From assembly GCA_963757975.1 (NCBI GenBank), contig CAVWUD010000037.1, forward strand, positions 1,095 to 65,094: 64,000 bases of DNA, read 5' to 3'. Below, one piece after another: positions 59,786-64,000 of this stretch. The translations under genes and the position numbers were made by a program. A model generated the notes under the pieces. It was given only the letters and a program-made list of their open reading frames with translations, did no database searches and had not been told where the DNA came from. Within the stretch, counting starts at the first letter, position 1; every line of letters begins with the position of its first letter. This DNA is from an uncultured Bacteroidota bacterium. Lineage in GTDB: Bacteria > Bacteroidota > Bacteroidia > Chitinophagales > Chitinophagaceae.

Positions 59786-61533
59786 AGGGATCAGATTTTG
59801 GGTTTTCAAAGGTTGATGAATTATTAACGGTAACAGTCCCTAAAAAATTGTCCGGATTTGCGGATATCAATCCTTCATTTACGCCTTTAATCTTCACCTT
59901 TTTTACATTTTCATGCTCACCTTTCATAGTTGAAGCCAGCTTTAATGCATTGTAGGCATTTACAATTCCACCGCTTACGGATAACTGACTAAAATCCACC
60001 CATTGTCCCGGTCCCGGCCATTTGACTTCGTTTTCCGGGAGTTTCATCACAGAATGAGTGAGAATATATTTTAACTGGCGGGCACTTAGTTCCGGATAAT
60101 ATTCCAATAACAACGCTGCTATACCACTAGCCATGGGAGCGGCCATACTCGTGCCACTGTAAGAAGCATATTGGTTACCCGGAAGTGTTGAATAAACTTT
60201 GACACCTGGCGCAAACAAATCAACTTCTTTTTTCCCATAATTGGAAAATGGAGCCAAAACAACGCTGTCGGGTCCACCTGCATTTGCACCGACTGTAATC
60301 CAGCAACAGGAATTTCTACCCGACAATTGATATTCCGGATTTGGATAGTGTGTAACCGAATCTAAATTCTGAAATTCATTTCCTGCCGCGTCTACTAGTA
60401 AAACATCATGTTCTTCTGCATATCTGACAGCATCATCCACCCATTTTTTACCAGGAGAAAAATATTTTCCAAAACTCATATTAACTACCCGGGCATCGTT
60501 ATCTACAGCATATCGTATGGCCAGTGCGACATCCTTGTCCCTCTCATCGCCATCAGGTACAACCCTGAGTGCCATAATATAAACCTGCGCATCGATACCA
60601 TCCATGCCTATTCCATTTCCGCGCGAAGCAGCAATAATGCCGGCATACATGTGTACCATGCGTTGGTGTTCCTGCTGCTATATTATTATTCCCGTAATTA
60701 ACGTCGTTTATATTATTATAGTCATCACCTACAATTTCTCTGCGTTGCAAATTTGGATCACCTGAAAAATATTTTAACTTTTGTATGGAGATTTGCAGAT
60801 AAGAATCGGCCTCCCTGATAAAACCGCCCAGGGGCATTTCCGACATGACACCATATTTTTTAAAGTACATCAAAGTATTTTTCTTTAAAAGAACCAATGC
60901 CGAATCCTGGGTTTGAAATTTTGCCACATCACGGGCATATACTGAATCCTTATGGAGATTTATTTTGAAAATACTATCTGCAGCTTTCATCTGTGGAATA
61001 AGCTGACCCAGAAAATAAACTGCCTGGGCAAATTGCAGTGAATCTTTCACGACAAATTTTCTCACTTTCTCCAAATAAGCGCTGTCCTGATAATTTTTAG
61101 GATTTGGTCCGTTTATCAATCTGTAGTACTCCCTGTAAGATTCATAACTCTCAATGGTAATATTCTTTCCATCCTTTCCACCCAGAAAATTCCATCCATG
61201 TATATCATCAACATAACCATTGTGATCATCGTCAATGCCGTTCCCGGGTATTTCTGCGGTATTGGTCCAGATATGTCCCACAAGATCTTCGTGTGCCGTA
61301 TCAAGGCCTGCATCAATAATGGCTACAATCACCGGGGACGCCTTTTTACCTTTCAGTAATTCATTATAAGCCTTGTTCATGCCGGCTCCAAATACACTGT
61401 CTGAGCGATAGTCCTCTAATTGCCACCCATGTGCCGAATAGAGATTCGACTGCGCCTTTAAAAATTGAGTAGAGGACAAAAAACAAATCCATGATAGAAG
61501 CCAGAAACAAAAAAATCTCTCCTTACTGTTCAT
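59775..61533 (-). CDS. S8 (subtilisin) family serine peptidase (frameshift near 60650)
   Basis: Catalytic motifs VAIIDAG, THGTHV|AGIIAA, AAGN and SGTSMAAP; signal peptide. Confidence 0.9.
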
Positions 61534-61747
61534 CCAATAACATTTTATATTATGCCTTTTACAAAGCGGGCAATTTATACAATATTTGAGCTGAAAGCAA
61601 CCCGTTCATCACTTCACTATTGTATCGGATAAAGAACCTGATAAATGTTCTTAGACCGGCAACAATAGTATCGATATCTATTACTGGATATATTACGACC
61701 TTCATGATGCCCGGGGTTACCCTGTATTTCCTGAGGCTTTAATCCCC

Positions 61748-62955
61748 ATGAACCTGCTTAAACCTTTAAACTCCACCCGTTCATTATATAAAAATGCATA
61801 TAGTGGCTTATCCCGATCAACCTGGTTGTTATCACTCGTGATGCTCGTGAACCGAAGCGGTACTATGGTTCTTCCTTTCATGACTATTTATCTTACCGGA
61901 ATTGGTTTTTCTCTTTTCAAGGCCGGAATAGTTGTAGGATTATTTGGAGCCGGAGCAGTTTGCGGTGCTGTTATAGGTGGTAAACTGACAGACAAAATGG
62001 GCTTTCGTCGTATTCAACTGTTCACGCTGGCTGGCGGAGGCGTTCTGTTTATTTTATTGGGATTAATGAAAAGTTATCCCCTGATTTGCATTTTTACTTT
62101 TGTTCTTAGTCTGGTAAATGACGCTTTTCGTCCGGCTAATAACGCAGCCATCGCTCAATATAGTAAACCGGCAAACAGAACCCGCTCCTATTCATTGAAT
62201 CGCCTCGCTATTAATCTTGGCTGGGCAGTCGGAGGAACTCTTGGTGGTTTCATAGCTTCTTTCAATTATCATCTGTTATTCTGGATAGACGGGTTTACAA
62301 ATATTTTGGCAGCCATTATGTTATATTATTTATTAAAACCGGCAGATTCAGAAGAAAAAGAAAAGATCTCTGATACTAAGCTGAAGAAAAAATCTCTCCG
62401 TTTAAAGATAAAAAGTTTACCATTTTCATCATACTTGTTCTTTTATATGGGCTTTGTTTTTACCAACTGTATTCCACTATTCCGGTTTATTATAAAGATG
62501 TTTTTCAAATGTCTGAATTAGAAATCGGAATCCTGATGGGATTAAACGGATTGATTATCGTAATCATCGAAATGGTGCTTATTTTTTATCTGGAATCGAA
62601 AAACAGGACACTTTTGTTCATTTCACACGGCCTTATTCTGACTTCTCTTTCTTTCCTGGTATATATTTTTCTGCCCATGCATTCTGTTACGGCCCTGATT
62701 TCGGTTATTCTTGTTACGCTGGGTGAAATACTTGCAATGCCATTCATGAATAATTACTGGGCCAGCCGGGCTTCTTCCCATAACAGAGGCCAGTATGCCG
62801 GATATTATGCAATGGCATGGTCTCTGTCGCAGGTTCTTGGACCCACCGGAGGCACCTGGATTGCGGCACATTTCGGATTCAATAGTTTGTGGTGGATCGT
62901 TGCTGTTATTTGTCTGATTACCGGGATACTTTTTCGTTTTGTGAAATTGAGGTAA
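61748..62955 (+). CDS. MFS transporter (frameshift near 62390)
   Basis: NRSGTMVLPF, GGKLTDKMG (motif A), RLAINLGWAVG, RGQYAG; two six-helix halves. Confidence 0.88.
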
Positions 62956-62958
62956 TCG

Positions 62959-63678
62959 TCATTTCCCTCCGAAAACCTTTTTCAGCAAATCCGTAACCTG
63001 CGCTGCAGGATCTTTGCGGATTTTGATTTCTTCCTGGGCAACGTAATAAAATATGCCATCAATTGCTTTTTGAGTTACGTATGAGGACAAATCAGGATTT
63101 ACTTTGCTTACGAGAGGAATTTTATTATATGTATCGAAGACGTCTTTCCAGTATTTCGTAGCACCTGTTTTTTGCAGGGAGGAATCTATAACCGGTGTAT
63201 ACGCTTTGGTAAGTTGGGGTGTTGCACTTTTACGCAGATAAGCTGTTGCAGCAGTATCTGAACCTTTTAAAATGTTAACGCCGTCTGTGACAGTCATGTT
63301 TTTAATTGCATTTAGAAAAATCGGTGCCGCTGATTTAGAAGCATCTTCCGCTGCATGGTTCATGCTAGCGATAGCGTCATCCACCAGTTTGCCCATGCCC
63401 ATGTTTCGAAGGGTTTTTTCTACTTTCTGCGCCTGCGGCGGCATCAAAATTTCCACTGCTTTATCATCCAAAAATCCGTTTACAACAGAAAGGCGGTCAG
63501 CACTTTTTTGAGCACCCAGGGACAGAGCTTGTTTTAAACCTGCGACTATATCGTCGGAACTAAGCGAAGATCCGCTTCCGCCACCAATCGTTTTTTTGAT
63601 ACTGCCAAGGATGTCACTGGATTGACCCATGACCGCAATTCCGGAAACGAGAAATAAAACAGTAAGTAGTTTTTTCAT
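62959..63678 (-). CDS. DUF4197 family secreted protein
   Basis: GLKQAL, MNHAAEDA, DTAATAYL, YVTQKAIDGIF...EEIKIRKDP...LLKKVFG. Confidence 0.85.
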   Translation of the reverse strand: MKKLLTVLFLVSGIAVMGQSSDILGSIKKTIGGGSGSSLSSDDIVAGLKQALSLGAQKSADRLSVVNGFLDDKAVEILMPPQAQKVEKTLRNMGMGKLVDDAIASMNHAAEDASKSAAPIFLNAIKNMTVTDGVNILKGSDTAATAYLRKSATPQLTKAYTPVIDSSLQKTGATKYWKDVFDTYNKIPLVSKVNPDLSSYVTQKAIDGIFYYVAQEEIKIRKDPAAQVTDLLKKVFGGK

Positions 63679-63840
63679 TTAGATTGAATTTTTCAGGCGA
63701 TCCGCCTTTTAACATTTAAACGTTTCGTTGTCAACAATATTACAAAGTGGCCAGGTTAAAAGTATTGACTAAAAAACAAAGAAAATGTTAACAACATACC
63801 GGGTTAAAAAAAGCATTCTGATAAGGGACCGGACTTTCCT

Positions 63841-63848
63841 TATTTTTG
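63841..63848 (+). promoter_or_regulatory. -7 box (TATTTTTG) for the last gene
   Basis: TAnnTTTG match 19 nt upstream of the ATG at 63868. Confidence 0.5.
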
Positions 63849-63867
63849 CGGCTGCAAAAAAATATTC

Positions 63868-64000
63868 ATGAAAAAGTATATTATCCTTATTACGTTTTCT
63901 ATAGCTTGCTTTCAATTATTTGCCCAGCCAAAGAAAAAAAAGGTCGGGAACGCAACTACCCCTCCTGCAATGATCAAATTAAATGATCAGACTGATTCTC
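63868..64000 (+). CDS. 5' part of a secreted protein, possibly FKBP-type PPIase (partial)
   Basis: MKKYIILITFSIACFQLFAQPKKKKVGNATTPPAMIKLNDQTDS; KLxxxxDS resembles the start of FKBP N-domains. Truncated by the window edge. Confidence 0.55.
   Translation, partial: MKKYIILITFSIACFQLFAQPKKKKVGNATTPPAMIKLNDQTDS

Overview
Core-chromosome segment of a Bacteroidota bacterium, most likely Chitinophagaceae. Support: TAnnTTTG -7 promoter boxes, A-rich leaders without Shine-Dalgarno sites, Gln directly after signal peptides, and lineage-typical gene families. It holds about 52 genes, mostly housekeeping: HMG-CoA lyase, rlmB, metK, panC/panD, ccmE/ccmF, agmatinase, dcd, acyl-CoA carboxylase beta, rnhA, manA, xerD, ribBA, thiolase, a TamB-like protein, two gamma-glutamyltransferases, a TonB-dependent receptor and a GMC dehydrogenase pair. 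About 15 genes are split by single-base frameshifts, which I read as long-read consensus errors rather than pseudogenes. I saw no rRNA, tRNA, CRISPR, transposase or prophage genes. The most striking unexplained structure is a dispersed set of about 14 short 7-mer and 8-mer tandem-repeat tracts in several sequence families. Many form inverted arms around a short spacer, several contain the stop codon of the neighbouring gene, and one lies in-frame inside a gamma-glutamyltransferase just before its catalytic Thr. Other candidates are an uncharacterised esterase/esterase/ATP-grasp/carboxylate-amine ligase cluster, a PIG-L deacetylase operon with two unannotated microproteins and a Na+/solute symporter, and an 11-bp tandem array upstream of a DUF6266 gene. 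All family assignments come from motif recognition by eye; no database searches were run.
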